From NCBI GenBank assembly GCA_036676985.1, contig JAKFBU010000027.1, positions 1-64,000 on the forward strand: a stretch of DNA of 64,000 nucleotides, written 5' to 3'. The stretch comes from Candidatus Sericytochromatia bacterium (GTDB lineage Bacteria > Cyanobacteriota > Sericytochromatia > S15B-MN24 > UBA4093). A program made the position numbers and the translations under genes. This document shows, in pieces, positions 9,486-18,559 of this stretch. Numbering within the stretch: the stretch's first letter is position 1; each line of letters starts with the position of its first letter. The notes beneath the pieces are model-generated. The model worked only from the letters and a program-made list of their open reading frames with translations. It searched no databases and was not told the DNA's origin.

Positions 9486-11645
9486 CTAACCGAGCGCCCG
9501 CTTCCGGCTCAATGACACCCGCCCCCGCTTGTGGTCGATATCCAGGACCTCCACCTCGATCACGTCCCCCACGGACACGACCTCCAGCGGATTCCGGACG
9601 AACCGCTCGGCCAGCTCCGAGACGTGCACCAGCCCATCCTGCTTGACCCCGATGTCCACGAAGGCCCCGAAGTCCACCACGTTTCGCACCGTCCCCGTCA
9701 GGCGCATTCCCGGCTTGAGATCGGCCAGGGACAACACGTCCTGCCGTAGATGCGGCGCCGGCGCCTCGTCCCGAGGGTCCCGCCCCGGCTTCTCGAGCTG
9801 ATCCAGGATGTCTTCGAGAGTCGGCATCCCGATCCCGAGCTCCATGGCCAAGCTCTCGAGGTTCAGGCTCGCGCGCTTACCGGCGATCGCCGGCCCCATC
9901 CCCTTGTCCCGCGGATCCAGCCCGAGACGAGCCAGGAGCTTCCGCGTGGCCTCGTAGGATTCCGGATGGATAGCCGTATTGTCGAGCGGGTCCGTGCCGC
10001 CGGCAATGCGCAGGAAGCCCGCGGCCTGCACGAAGGTGCGATCTCCCAACCCCTTGACCTTCTTGAGCTCCGTGCGGGACCGGAACGGCCCCTCGGACCG
10101 ACGTCGGTCCATGATGGCGCGGGCGACCTTCTTGTTCAGCCCCGACACGTGCGCGAGCAGCTCGGCCGAGGCCGTGTTGAGGTCCACGCCCACGTGGTTG
10201 ACGGCATCCTCCACCACGCCCTCGAGCGCCTTGCCGAGGGCCTTCTGGTCCATGTCGTGCTGGTAGAGTCCTACGCCGATGGCCTGCGGATCGATCTTGA
10301 TGAGCTCGGCCAAGGGGTCCTGCAGCCTCCGGGCGATGGAGATGGTTCCACGCTGGGTGGCATCCAGGTTCGGGAACTCCTCGCGCGCCACCTCGGAGGC
10401 CGAGTAAACGCTGGCACCTGCCTCCGAGACCATGGTGTAGCGCGCCCGCGAGCCCCGGATGGCCTCGGCGACCAGTTGCTCCGTCTCTCGGCTCGCCGTG
10501 CCGTTACCGATGGCGACCACGGTCACGCCATGGCGCTGGATGAGCGATCGCAAGGTCTCGATCGCCTCGGCCCACCGCTTCTGGGGCTCGTGCGGATAGA
10601 TGGCGATCCCCTCGTTCAGGGGCGTACCCGTGGGATCGACCACCACGACCTTGCACCCGGTTCGGAAGCCGGGGTCGATCCCGAGCACCACCTCCCCGCG
10701 CAGGGGAGGCTGCAGCAAGAGAGACTTGAGGTTCGCCGCGAACACCGAAATGGCGTGGCCCTGGGCCTTCTCGGTCAACGCCGCGCGCACGTCGCGCTCG
10801 ATGGCCGGCCCCAGGAGGCGCTTGAGGCCATCCTCCAGGGCCGCCTCGGATTCCTCGCGCCAGCCGGGCGCCCGGCTGCCCCAGCGCTCGCACATCACGC
10901 CGAGGATCCGGTCGGTCGGCAGGTCCACCGACACCTTCAAGACGCCCTCGGCCTCGCCCCGGTCGCAGGCGAGCACCCGGTGCGGCTGCACCTTGGTGAC
11001 GGGCTCCGTGTAGGCGTAGTACTGGGCGAACTTGCCCTGCGGGTCCTCGGCCTTCGGGGCCTTGGAAGCCGTGAGCTGCCCCATCTGCAGCGTCAGGTGG
11101 CGCGCCCGCCCGCGCACCTCCGCGTCCTCGCTCGCAAGCTCGGCCAGGATGTCGCGGGCTCCCGCCAGGGCGTCTTCGGCCGTCGGGACGCCGAGCGGCT
11201 CCGAGATGAAGCGCCGGGCGGCCGCGAGCGGTGCCTCATGGGGCGGCCGGCGGAACATGTCGGCGAGCGGACCCAGCCCCCGCTCGCGGGCCATGGTGGC
11301 GCGGGTGCGGCGCTTGGGCCGATAGGGCAGGTAGAGGTCCTCGAGCACGGACAGCTTGTCCGCGGCGGCGAGCTTCTGTTCCAGCTCGGGCGTCAGGTGG
11401 CCTTGCTCGACGAGTGAGGCCCGGATCTCGGCGCGGCGCTCCTCGAGCTTGCGGCGCTTGGCGAGCAGGTCCTGCAGCTGGCGGAGCTGCACCTCGTCCA
11501 TGCCGCCGGTCACTTCCTTGCGGTAGCGCGCGATGAAGGGAATCGTGTTGCCGTCGTCCAACAGGGCGACGGTGCGGGCCACGGGGCCGGCCGGGACCCG
11601 CAGGTCCTGGGCGAGGGCGGAAAGGAGGTCGGATGTGGTGCTCAT
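9486..11645 (-). CDS. tex: Tex family RNA-binding transcriptional accessory protein
   Basis: TIPFIARYRKE, GIDPGFRTGCK, SEAGASVYSAS, HhH region, C-terminal S1 domain (FGAFVDIG). Confidence 0.97.
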   Translation of the reverse strand: MSTTSDLLSALAQDLRVPAGPVARTVALLDDGNTIPFIARYRKEVTGGMDEVQLRQLQDLLAKRRKLEERRAEIRASLVEQGHLTPELEQKLAAADKLSVLEDLYLPYRPKRRTRATMARERGLGPLADMFRRPPHEAPLAAARRFISEPLGVPTAEDALAGARDILAELASEDAEVRGRARHLTLQMGQLTASKAPKAEDPQGKFAQYYAYTEPVTKVQPHRVLACDRGEAEGVLKVSVDLPTDRILGVMCERWGSRAPGWREESEAALEDGLKRLLGPAIERDVRAALTEKAQGHAISVFAANLKSLLLQPPLRGEVVLGIDPGFRTGCKVVVVDPTGTPLNEGIAIYPHEPQKRWAEAIETLRSLIQRHGVTVVAIGNGTASRETEQLVAEAIRGSRARYTMVSEAGASVYSASEVAREEFPNLDATQRGTISIARRLQDPLAELIKIDPQAIGVGLYQHDMDQKALGKALEGVVEDAVNHVGVDLNTASAELLAHVSGLNKKVARAIMDRRRSEGPFRSRTELKKVKGLGDRTFVQAAGFLRIAGGTDPLDNTAIHPESYEATRKLLARLGLDPRDKGMGPAIAGKRASLNLESLAMELGIGMPTLEDILDQLEKPGRDPRDEAPAPHLRQDVLSLADLKPGMRLTGTVRNVVDFGAFVDIGVKQDGLVHVSELAERFVRNPLEVVSVGDVIEVEVLDIDHKRGRVSLSRKRALG

Positions 11646-11682
11646 GCCCCCATGTTACCGCATGGAGGCGGGCACTGCCCTC

Positions 11683-12486
11683 CTAGGCGAAACCTAGCGC
11701 CTGTCGGGCCTTTGGCGAGATAGCGAACTGGTCGCCGCCCTTGTCGGGGACGAACCGGCGTTTGTTTGCGACCTGCAATGGGGCCGCCGAGGCTGCGGGG
11801 GCGCCCTCCGGCAGGTCGTAGATGCCTGCCAGTCCAATGGTATTGTTGGTGGCGTCCCCGAGGGACTTCACCAGGCCGGCGGCCTTGTGGGCATCGAAGA
11901 ATTTGGCCTGGACGGCATCGCCCACGACCCACGAGGCCACGTTGAGGGCGGCGTCCTCGACCCAGCCCGCCATCTCTTCGCCCTGCTTCCTCGCCTCCTC
12001 CTCCGAGTCGGCCATGGCCCCGCGCACCTCGTGCATCACGATGGCCGCTCCGTCGACGGCGAGACACGCGACGGCGATCGGGGTGGTCAGGGACGCGGCG
12101 GTCATCGCCAGGGCCAGGCTCGCGCCGCCCGTGACCGGGGCGGCGATCACGCCCACGCCGATGGCGAGCACCGCTCCGAGGAACGCGACGCCCGAGGCGA
12201 CCGCCGCCAGGTTGAGGGAGCCGGCGAGGGGATCGTCCTTGATGTCGGCGGCGAGGGACTTGGCGGTCTGGATCGGGTGCACGAGCGGGAAGGCCATCCC
12301 CTTGGCCATCGCGCCGAGCGATTTCAGGGGGTGCTGGGCAAACTCCATGACGTCGGCCGCGATCTGACCGACCAAGGCCTCGTTGGTGGTCTTGAGGTTC
12401 TCGAGCACGCTCGGCTTGGCGTCGGAGGCCGTCGTCTGGCCCGTCGCGCGCGGCTTGGCGATGATGCTGTTGTCGACCTGGATCAT
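11683..12486 (-). CDS. Hypothetical protein with a long hydrophobic hairpin (translocator/pore-former-like)
   Basis: ATG 12486 after GGAGAGGGAG; about 65-aa hydrophobic segment containing APVTGGASLALA; no Sec signal. Confidence 0.7.
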   Translation of the reverse strand: MIQVDNSIIAKPRATGQTTASDAKPSVLENLKTTNEALVGQIAADVMEFAQHPLKSLGAMAKGMAFPLVHPIQTAKSLAADIKDDPLAGSLNLAAVASGVAFLGAVLAIGVGVIAAPVTGGASLALAMTAASLTTPIAVACLAVDGAAIVMHEVRGAMADSEEEARKQGEEMAGWVEDAALNVASWVVGDAVQAKFFDAHKAAGLVKSLGDATNNTIGLAGIYDLPEGAPAASAAPLQVANKRRFVPDKGGDQFAISPKARQALGFA

Positions 12487-12536
12487 GGCACGAACACTCC
12501 CTCTCCTGGTTCTTTTCCCCGAACGGCAAGCAAGTT

Positions 12537-12554
12537 TTCTTATGGGCGCATTAA
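12537..12554 (-). promoter_or_regulatory. TTAA-N8-TAAGAA motif, copy 3
   Basis: Minus strand ttaa tgcgccca taagaa, about 50 nt upstream of ATG 12486. Confidence 0.55.
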
Positions 12555-12626
12555 ATTTTTGGCCCGCTCGCTGGCCTTGCGCCGGGACCTCTGGGATCAT
12601 GCGGGGCGACGGCGCGAGGAGGACCC

Positions 12627-13616
12627 ATGCGGATCTGTCTGGGGGGGGATGTCATGCTGGGGCGCGGGGTGGACGAGTGGGTCGTGGCCGCCGGGCGCTC
12701 CCCCTTTGCGGAGCTGTCCGCCTACTGGCATGGCATGGACCTGGTCGCCGTCAACCTCGAGTGCGCCCTCACGGACCGCGACACCTGGTACCAGGGTCCC
12801 CGGAAGGCCTTCTACTTCCGGGGCCGCCCGGAGGCCGCTCGATTGCTGGCGGAGGCCGGCGTCGACGTCGTGACGCTGGCGAACAACCATGCCCTGGACG
12901 CGGGCGAGCCAGGGCTTGCCGACACGCTGGACCTGCTGGACCACCGCGGCATCGCCCATGCGGGGGCGGGGCCCGACCTCGCGCATGCCTCACGGCCGGC
13001 GGTGGTCGGGGCCGGTGGCCTGCGCGTGGCCTTCCTGTCCTATTGCGACCACCAGGAGGACTTTGCCGCCGGCCCCAACCGTCCCGGCATCCGCTACCTC
13101 GATCTCACCACTCCCGAACGGGCGCTGCCGGTGCTGGCGGCGGACGTCCGCGCCGCCCGCGCCGAGGCGGACCTCGTCATCGTGGCCTTTCACTGGCAGG
13201 CCAACTGGGCGCCGGTGGTCGAGCCCCCCTTTCGCCGGGTGGGCCGTCACTGCCTCCGCGCCGGTGCCAGCGTCGTCTGGGGGCACAGCCCGCACCACTT
13301 CCAGGGCGTCGAGTGGGCCCCCGGCGGCGTGATCCTGTATTCGACCGGTGATCTCGTCGACGACTACGCCGTAGATCCGGTCTACCGGAACGACCGCCAG
13401 CTCCTGTTCACTTTGGAGCTCGATAAGACGGGCGTGACCCGGGTCGTCGCCCGTCCGATCGAGCTCCGCTGGGATCAGACGCGCTTTGCGGGGCCGGAGG
13501 CCGCCGAGTGGATCCGGGTGACCTTCGGCCGCTATTGCGCCGCGCTCGGGACGCGCGTCATGCCTCAGGGCGACCACCTGCTCGTACCGGCGCCCGCGGC
13601 GGGGGCGGCCCGCTGA
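12627..13616 (+). CDS. CapA family metallophosphatase (PGA_cap)
   Basis: GDVMLGR, VNLEC, LANNHALD, FHW, GHSPH, YSTGD. Confidence 0.92.
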   Translation: MRICLGGDVMLGRGVDEWVVAAGRSPFAELSAYWHGMDLVAVNLECALTDRDTWYQGPRKAFYFRGRPEAARLLAEAGVDVVTLANNHALDAGEPGLADTLDLLDHRGIAHAGAGPDLAHASRPAVVGAGGLRVAFLSYCDHQEDFAAGPNRPGIRYLDLTTPERALPVLAADVRAARAEADLVIVAFHWQANWAPVVEPPFRRVGRHCLRAGASVVWGHSPHHFQGVEWAPGGVILYSTGDLVDDYAVDPVYRNDRQLLFTLELDKTGVTRVVARPIELRWDQTRFAGPEAAEWIRVTFGRYCAALGTRVMPQGDHLLVPAPAAGAAR

Positions 13617-13755
13617 GGGCCCTCGTCCTATGACCGAAACGAAAACGATGGCGCGGCTCACGATTGCATCACCTCGGTAAGCCCGCCGTATCCCTTGTTT
13701 GGAGCCGTGGTCCGACGGGGTAGATAGCAAGCAGCAATCGATCTAAGGGTTCGCC

Positions 13756-15144
13756 ATGCCGCCGCTATCGTATGAATGTCACGCCACGCTGCCCGGCTTT
13801 GCCGTCGAATACCCTCCGGAGTGGAGGGTGGATGCCTCCATGGTGGCACCGAACGAGGGTCGTCTCGTGCTGTCGCTCGAGGACCAAAGCGCCTCGGTGG
13901 TCATCGAGTGGGGGCCCGGGCTGACGCCGCAGGCCATCCTGGATGAGGCGGCGAGCCGGTTCACCCGCCACGAAATCCTCTCCAAGCAGCGCGTGGCGAG
14001 CGAGGGCATCCTCTGGTCCGAGCTGATCTACCAGGGCTGGAAGGACGCGCGGGATCCGCTGCCGGATCGCGTCTGCGCGCGCCTGACGCAGCGCAGCGCC
14101 ACCATTTGGCGCATCGGCTACCGGCTCGGCGGAGCCATGGGCTCGCGCCGCCGACCGGCCGTCGAGGCCATCCTCAAGCGTTTCAAGTTCCTGCCGTCTC
14201 GTCCGCCCAATGAAGGGGCATGGCGCCATCACCGCTACATGGCCGACACGCTGGAGTTCGCCTTCAACCATCCGGCGGCATGGGACGTGGTGCCCGCCGT
14301 TCAGGGCGGCGCCGGCACCTGTACGGTCGAATTGCCGGGGGGTGGGGTCTTCATCGCCCAGTGGGGCCCACAGCTTCCGGCCGATCGGTTCCTCGATCAG
14401 CAACGGATGAAGTACCGGGAGTTCAGCGTCCTCATGGAGCGCCCCGGTCTGATGCTCAAGAGCGGGACCTGGGACGAGGTGATCGTCGAGGGCAAGATTG
14501 CTCCTTCCTCCGACTGGAGCGGTGAGGTGGCCCGCTTCGAGCGCGGTCGCTACCGCTTCGGTGTCCTCAGCGGCATGGCCTGGATCCTGGGCTACACCGT
14601 CTCGCACGACCAGCTCGTCGCCCTTCAGCCCTCCTTGGACCGCATGCTCGCGAGCATGCGCATCCTGGGCATGGCCGCCCAGGTGCCGGTTGAGCCGCTG
14701 CCGCCCGCCAAGGGCCTGGTCCTCGAGGTGGGCCAGGAGCTGGCCGCCTCGCTCCCGGCCAGGACCCCGTTCGAGGCCACGGGCTACGTCGAGCGATTGA
14801 CCGAAGAGCTGCACCTCCTGCGCACCCTGCTCGCCTACGAGGGGCTCTTGCTGCCACCCCTGTCCGTGCGGGCGCATCCGGAGCTCGCGGCCTTCGCCTA
14901 CCGGGTGGTGAGCGCCAACCAGACCTTCCTCGAGCGCGACCTCGGCAAGGACGACATCGATCCCCTGACCCGGCTGGTCGAGGAGCTGCGGACCGAGGCC
15001 GGGCGGCTGGACGCGCTCTTCACGCCGCGCCTGGCTCGGCCGGATCTCGTCGCGCAGCTCTTTCCGCGCACGCCCAACGCCTACGAGAAACTGCGCAGCC
15101 TCCGCCCGGAGCTCCAGTTGCCGCCCCTGACGCCTCAGGCCTAG
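13756..15144 (+). CDS. Hypothetical protein: two PsbP/DcrB-like domains plus an FlhA(FHIPEP)-like C-terminal segment
   Basis: Repeated F-x-x-x-Y/H-P-x-x-W ... (E/D)xxLxx(F/M)(K/R) units; C-terminal LVLEVG..LLRTLLAYEGLLLPPLSVR..L...AYRV. Confidence 0.55.
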   Translation: MPPLSYECHATLPGFAVEYPPEWRVDASMVAPNEGRLVLSLEDQSASVVIEWGPGLTPQAILDEAASRFTRHEILSKQRVASEGILWSELIYQGWKDARDPLPDRVCARLTQRSATIWRIGYRLGGAMGSRRRPAVEAILKRFKFLPSRPPNEGAWRHHRYMADTLEFAFNHPAAWDVVPAVQGGAGTCTVELPGGGVFIAQWGPQLPADRFLDQQRMKYREFSVLMERPGLMLKSGTWDEVIVEGKIAPSSDWSGEVARFERGRYRFGVLSGMAWILGYTVSHDQLVALQPSLDRMLASMRILGMAAQVPVEPLPPAKGLVLEVGQELAASLPARTPFEATGYVERLTEELHLLRTLLAYEGLLLPPLSVRAHPELAAFAYRVVSANQTFLERDLGKDDIDPLTRLVEELRTEAGRLDALFTPRLARPDLVAQLFPRTPNAYEKLRSLRPELQLPPLTPQA

Positions 15145-15145
15145 T

Positions 15146-15775
15146 CTAGGGGTTGGGCGCGTAGCCCGCGGCCGCCATCGCGCGCTGGAAGACGTCGTAG
15201 GGGTGGGCGCCCGAGAAGGCGAGACCCGGTCCGAACAGGAAGGTCGGTACCCCTGTGATGCCGAACTCCTGGACCATGGCGAGCTCGCGATCCACCGCCT
15301 CGCGGTACGTGCCGTCGGCAAGGGCCCGGCTCAGCGCCTCGGCATCGAGCCCGACGCTTTTGCCGATGGCGACGAGCACCTCGGGCCGGCCGATGTCCTG
15401 AGCTGCGCCGAAGTAGGCCCGCAGCGTCGCTCGGTGGAAGGCGTCGCCCTTTCCGTGCTCCTCGGCGAAGGCACCCGCCTCGTGGGCCAGGTGAGTGTTG
15501 GGCACCAGGGGGTCGTTGGGCCCCGACAGCGGCCGATTGAGAGGCAGGTTCGCCGCCCGGGTCGCCGCTTGCAGGGAAGCGTCGGCCCGCTCGAGGTACT
15601 GCCGCGGCAGCATGGCCGAGAGGGGCATCCCACCGGGGGGCGTTTCCGGCCGGAGCTGGAACGGCTGCCAGTGGAGGGTCACGGGGTAATCTTGTACGAG
15701 TCGGTCAAGCCGATCCAGGCTGACGTAACACCACGGTCAGACGAAGTCGGAGTATACTCGGAGTGCCAGGGTCAT
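15146..15775 (-). CDS. DsbA/FrnE family oxidoreductase, selenoprotein (UxxC)
   Basis: AAGGAGG RBS; ATG 15775 reads MTLALRVYSDFV-TGA-PWCY in frame with ORF 15146-15682 (PFQLRP, GITGVPTF, SGA). Confidence 0.88.
15704..15724 (-). promoter_or_regulatory. Candidate bacterial SECIS hairpin (DsbA-like gene)
   Basis: gtcagcc-tggatc-ggc(t)tgac begins 12 nt after the UGA at 15739-15737. Confidence 0.6.
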
Positions 15776-15852
15776 GGTCGATTCCTCCTTCCAGGACGGC
15801 CTCCCATGGTAGGGCAAATCCCAGGGATCGCAACCGCCGCGCGAGGGCTCGC

Positions 15853-16119
15853 ATGATCGCCTACTACGTCACCAAAGGTCAGCAGGACACCGTCGTGATC
15901 CCCGAGGCGCAAGTCGCCATGCGGGTCGATCGCGCCGTGCTGCGCCACTTCCTAGCCGACGAGCCCGACTTTGCCGCCTGGCAGGGCGAGCCGCTCTCGG
16001 GTCGCGCGCCGGACGCCTTCGGCACGGTCCTCGCCACGCGCGAGGACGAGGCCCCGCCCACCATCCTGGATCAGGCCCGCTGGAACGACCGGGTCATGGC
16101 CCAGTTGAGAGCCAGGTAA
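15853..16119 (+). CDS. Hypothetical protein (88 aa)
   Basis: GAGGG RBS, coding-like codon use, 10 nt before the next gene. Confidence 0.65.
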   Translation: MIAYYVTKGQQDTVVIPEAQVAMRVDRAVLRHFLADEPDFAAWQGEPLSGRAPDAFGTVLATREDEAPPTILDQARWNDRVMAQLRAR

Positions 16120-16129
16120 AGGAGGGTCC

Positions 16130-16570
16130 GTGCTGAAGCGTGCCGTCTTGACGATCACCGTCTCCCTGCTGGCCTGGCACGCCGCGAGCGCGCCGGCGCT
16201 CGCGCAGACCGACGTGACCTACGTGGGCCGCTTCCGCTTCCTGCCCAAGTCCTCGGTGATCATGCTGCCCATCAGTGGACCGTTGGCGAGCCTGGCCTGG
16301 GACAAGCGGCCCCGCATGCCCGTGCAAAAGGTCGACTACCTGGAAATCCCGGGCCTCGGGACGACGCCGGCGCGCCTGCAAGGGCGGCTCGTGCAGTCCC
16401 GCAACGCCCGCAAGGGCCTGGTGCGGCGCATCCTGGTGGCCCAGAACCGCCCCGGCGTGGTCCGGGTCGCCGTGCGCGGCTCGCGCGCCGTGCACATGGT
16501 GCCGGACTACACCCAGCGCAACGGGCGCTGGTACCTGCGCATCAAGATCGTCCCCTACAAGGGCAACTAG
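16130..16570 (+). CDS. Secreted basic protein, AMIN-like domain
   Basis: AAGGAGG RBS; AxA signal peptide; LVRRILVAQNRPGVVRVAV resembles AMIN domains. Confidence 0.6.
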   Translation: MLKRAVLTITVSLLAWHAASAPALAQTDVTYVGRFRFLPKSSVIMLPISGPLASLAWDKRPRMPVQKVDYLEIPGLGTTPARLQGRLVQSRNARKGLVRRILVAQNRPGVVRVAVRGSRAVHMVPDYTQRNGRWYLRIKIVPYKGN

Positions 16571-16592
16571 CGGATCGGCTCAGGGGCGTTCC

Positions 16593-16871
16593 CTAGGGGC
16601 GTTCGGTGGCCTCGGGCGCCAGCGGCTCCTGGGCGAGCAGGGCGTGCCCCCGGCCGGGAATGGGGTCGTTCAGCATCAGCCAGCGGTTTCCGTACGGGGT
16701 CTTGGCCCGGTACTCCCAGTGGTCCTCCCGCCATTCGGCCTCCAGGTGGCCCCAGTCCACGCCGCTGGGGCGCATGACGCCGGGCCCGAAGGCGGCCCTG
16801 ACCCGGTCCTCGAATTGCGCGGTCTGTTTGTTCGAAAGGCCCGAGTGCTCGGGGATCCGAATTGAGTGCAC
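16593..16871 (-). CDS. Hypothetical protein (92 aa)
   Basis: AAGGAG RBS with GTG start; follows the 16903-17151 gene. Confidence 0.5.
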   Translation of the reverse strand: MHSIRIPEHSGLSNKQTAQFEDRVRAAFGPGVMRPSGVDWGHLEAEWREDHWEYRAKTPYGNRWLMLNDPIPGRGHALLAQEPLAPEATERP

Positions 16872-16902
16872 GGGTCAGGAAGGCTCCTTGTGGGGCGGCG
16901 GA

Positions 16903-17151
16903 TCACTCCGCCGGCGGGTGGGCCGTCTCGCCGACGTTGACGGGGGTTTCGACCCCGCGTTCGTCGACGGTCGCGTAGTTGGGCGCGTTTTCCGGTCGCG
17001 CGTTGGTCATGGGCTTGCTGTGCTGGACCGGCCGGTCGCGCATGGGCAGCTCTGACCTGAACTCCTGGTCCCGGCCCGGCCAGCGGCCGGTACGCCGGAT
17101 GAAATCGTAGGCCGCTTCGTCCGACCGGTTGACGCGATCGCTGTCGCCCAT
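16903..17151 (-). CDS. Hypothetical protein (82 aa)
   Basis: GGGGAGG RBS; coding-like composition. Confidence 0.6.
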   Translation of the reverse strand: MGDSDRVNRSDEAAYDFIRRTGRWPGRDQEFRSELPMRDRPVQHSKPMTNARPENAPNYATVDERGVETPVNVGETAHPPAE

Positions 17152-17233
17152 GGGACACCTCCCCGTCGAAACCGAAACCGCCCTTGATCTTACCGAAGCG
17201 GCGGGCTCTTGAACACAACCAAGCGCGACGGCG

Positions 17234-17656
17234 TCAGGGGGCGCGTTTCACCGGCACGACCCGTCGGATCGCGCCTGCGCGTGCGAAGACGAAGGTCATG
17301 GGCACCTGGGCGCCGGCCTTGAGGGGGCGTGGCAGGTCCATGAGCATCATGTGGGTGCTCCGCGGCTTGAGCACCACCGTCCCGCGGGCGGGCACCGGAA
17401 GCGCCGCCAGGGGGCGCATGGACATGACGCCGTCCACGACGGCCATCTCGTGGATCTCGACCCGGCCGGCGGCCGGGGTCGTGACGCGCACGAGCCGGTC
17501 GGGGCGATCGCCCCGGTTGAGCACCGTCATGTAGGCGCCGAGCACCGAGGCCCCCGGGGGAGCCTCGCGGATCCAGGCGTCCTGGATGACGGGGGCGGCA
17601 TGGGCGGGGGTTGCGACCAGGAGCCCGGCGGTCAGGATGAGCGCGTGTCGCCGCAT
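17234..17656 (-). CDS. Copper chaperone PCu(A)C
   Basis: Signal peptide; DAWIR, VEIHEM..DGVMSM, THMML (H-E-M..M..H-x-M motif). Confidence 0.93.
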   Translation of the reverse strand: MRRHALILTAGLLVATPAHAAPVIQDAWIREAPPGASVLGAYMTVLNRGDRPDRLVRVTTPAAGRVEIHEMAVVDGVMSMRPLAALPVPARGTVVLKPRSTHMMLMDLPRPLKAGAQVPMTFVFARAGAIRRVVPVKRAP

Positions 17657-17664
17657 GGGCCCTC

Positions 17665-18228
17665 CTAGGACGCGAGCCCGAAGGCCTTCTTGATCTCGGC
17701 GGGCGGGGCCGGGAGCAGGAAGGACGACTTCAACTGGCCGTCGGGATCGATCACGTAGTAGCGCAGCGAATGGTCGATGAGGTAGCTGCCCGAGGCCTCC
17801 GCGCTCGCGGTGGCCTTCTGGTAGACGACGCCGAACTGCTGGATGAGCGTCGCGAGCTCCGGCTGCTCGGGCCGCAGCCCCACGAACGTCGGGTTGAAGT
17901 ACGGGACGTAGGTCTTGAGCCGGGCGGCGGTGTCGCGCTCCGGATCGAGCGTCACGAAGAGGGCCTGGACCTTGGCGGCGTCGGGCCCGAGCGCCTGCAG
18001 CTCCTTGTCCAGGTCCGTGAGCCCGGTGGGGCATGCGTCGGGACAGTTGGTGTACCCGAAGAAGACCACCAGCCACTTGCCACGGTAATTCGACCAACTC
18101 ACGGCCTTGCCGTGGTGATCGACCATGGCGACGTCCGGGAGCGGCTTGGGAGCCGTCAGCGTCCGGTACACGCCGTATCCGAGCACGTTCGCCGCCACGA
18201 AGAGCAGCGCGATCCACAGCCACTTCAT
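17665..18228 (-). CDS. SCO1/SenC family copper chaperone
   Basis: FFGYTNCPDACP, TLDPERD, IDHS. Confidence 0.95.
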   Translation of the reverse strand: MKWLWIALLFVAANVLGYGVYRTLTAPKPLPDVAMVDHHGKAVSWSNYRGKWLVVFFGYTNCPDACPTGLTDLDKELQALGPDAAKVQALFVTLDPERDTAARLKTYVPYFNPTFVGLRPEQPELATLIQQFGVVYQKATASAEASGSYLIDHSLRYYVIDPDGQLKSSFLLPAPPAEIKKAFGLAS

Positions 18229-18559
18229 TCCTTGCATTCCCTTGTCGAGGCCAAAGGCCTGGAGGCACCTCGGCCCGGCGGCGAAGGCAGGTTTCGCCCG
18301 GGCCCTCATGTGGTTGTACACCGGTTGGCCGAATAGATCGAGGGGGGAAGGCGCTTCGAGGACCCGCCTTGCGCCGGAGTTGCCGACCCGCTCCGCCCCG
18401 AGAGCCCCGCCACGACCGGCCGCGAAACCTTTCGGGCGGTCGAATCAGGGATGAAGGCTGGCCCTTGGGCGGACTAGCTGGTACCATTCGGGGAGCCACT
18501 CGGCTGGTCCGACGCGCACCGGAAATCCTGCCTCCCGGCTGCGCTTAGAAAGGTTCGTC

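Noticed and set aside
12627-13616. CapA as evidence for a poly-gamma-glutamate capsule
   Set aside because: No capB/capC nearby; stand-alone CapA-domain phosphoesterases are widespread
18240-18545. GC-rich hairpins upstream of sco as a possible riboswitch or ncRNA
   Set aside because: No recognisable conserved motif; hairpins arise easily at this GC content; an Rfam/Infernal scan would be needed
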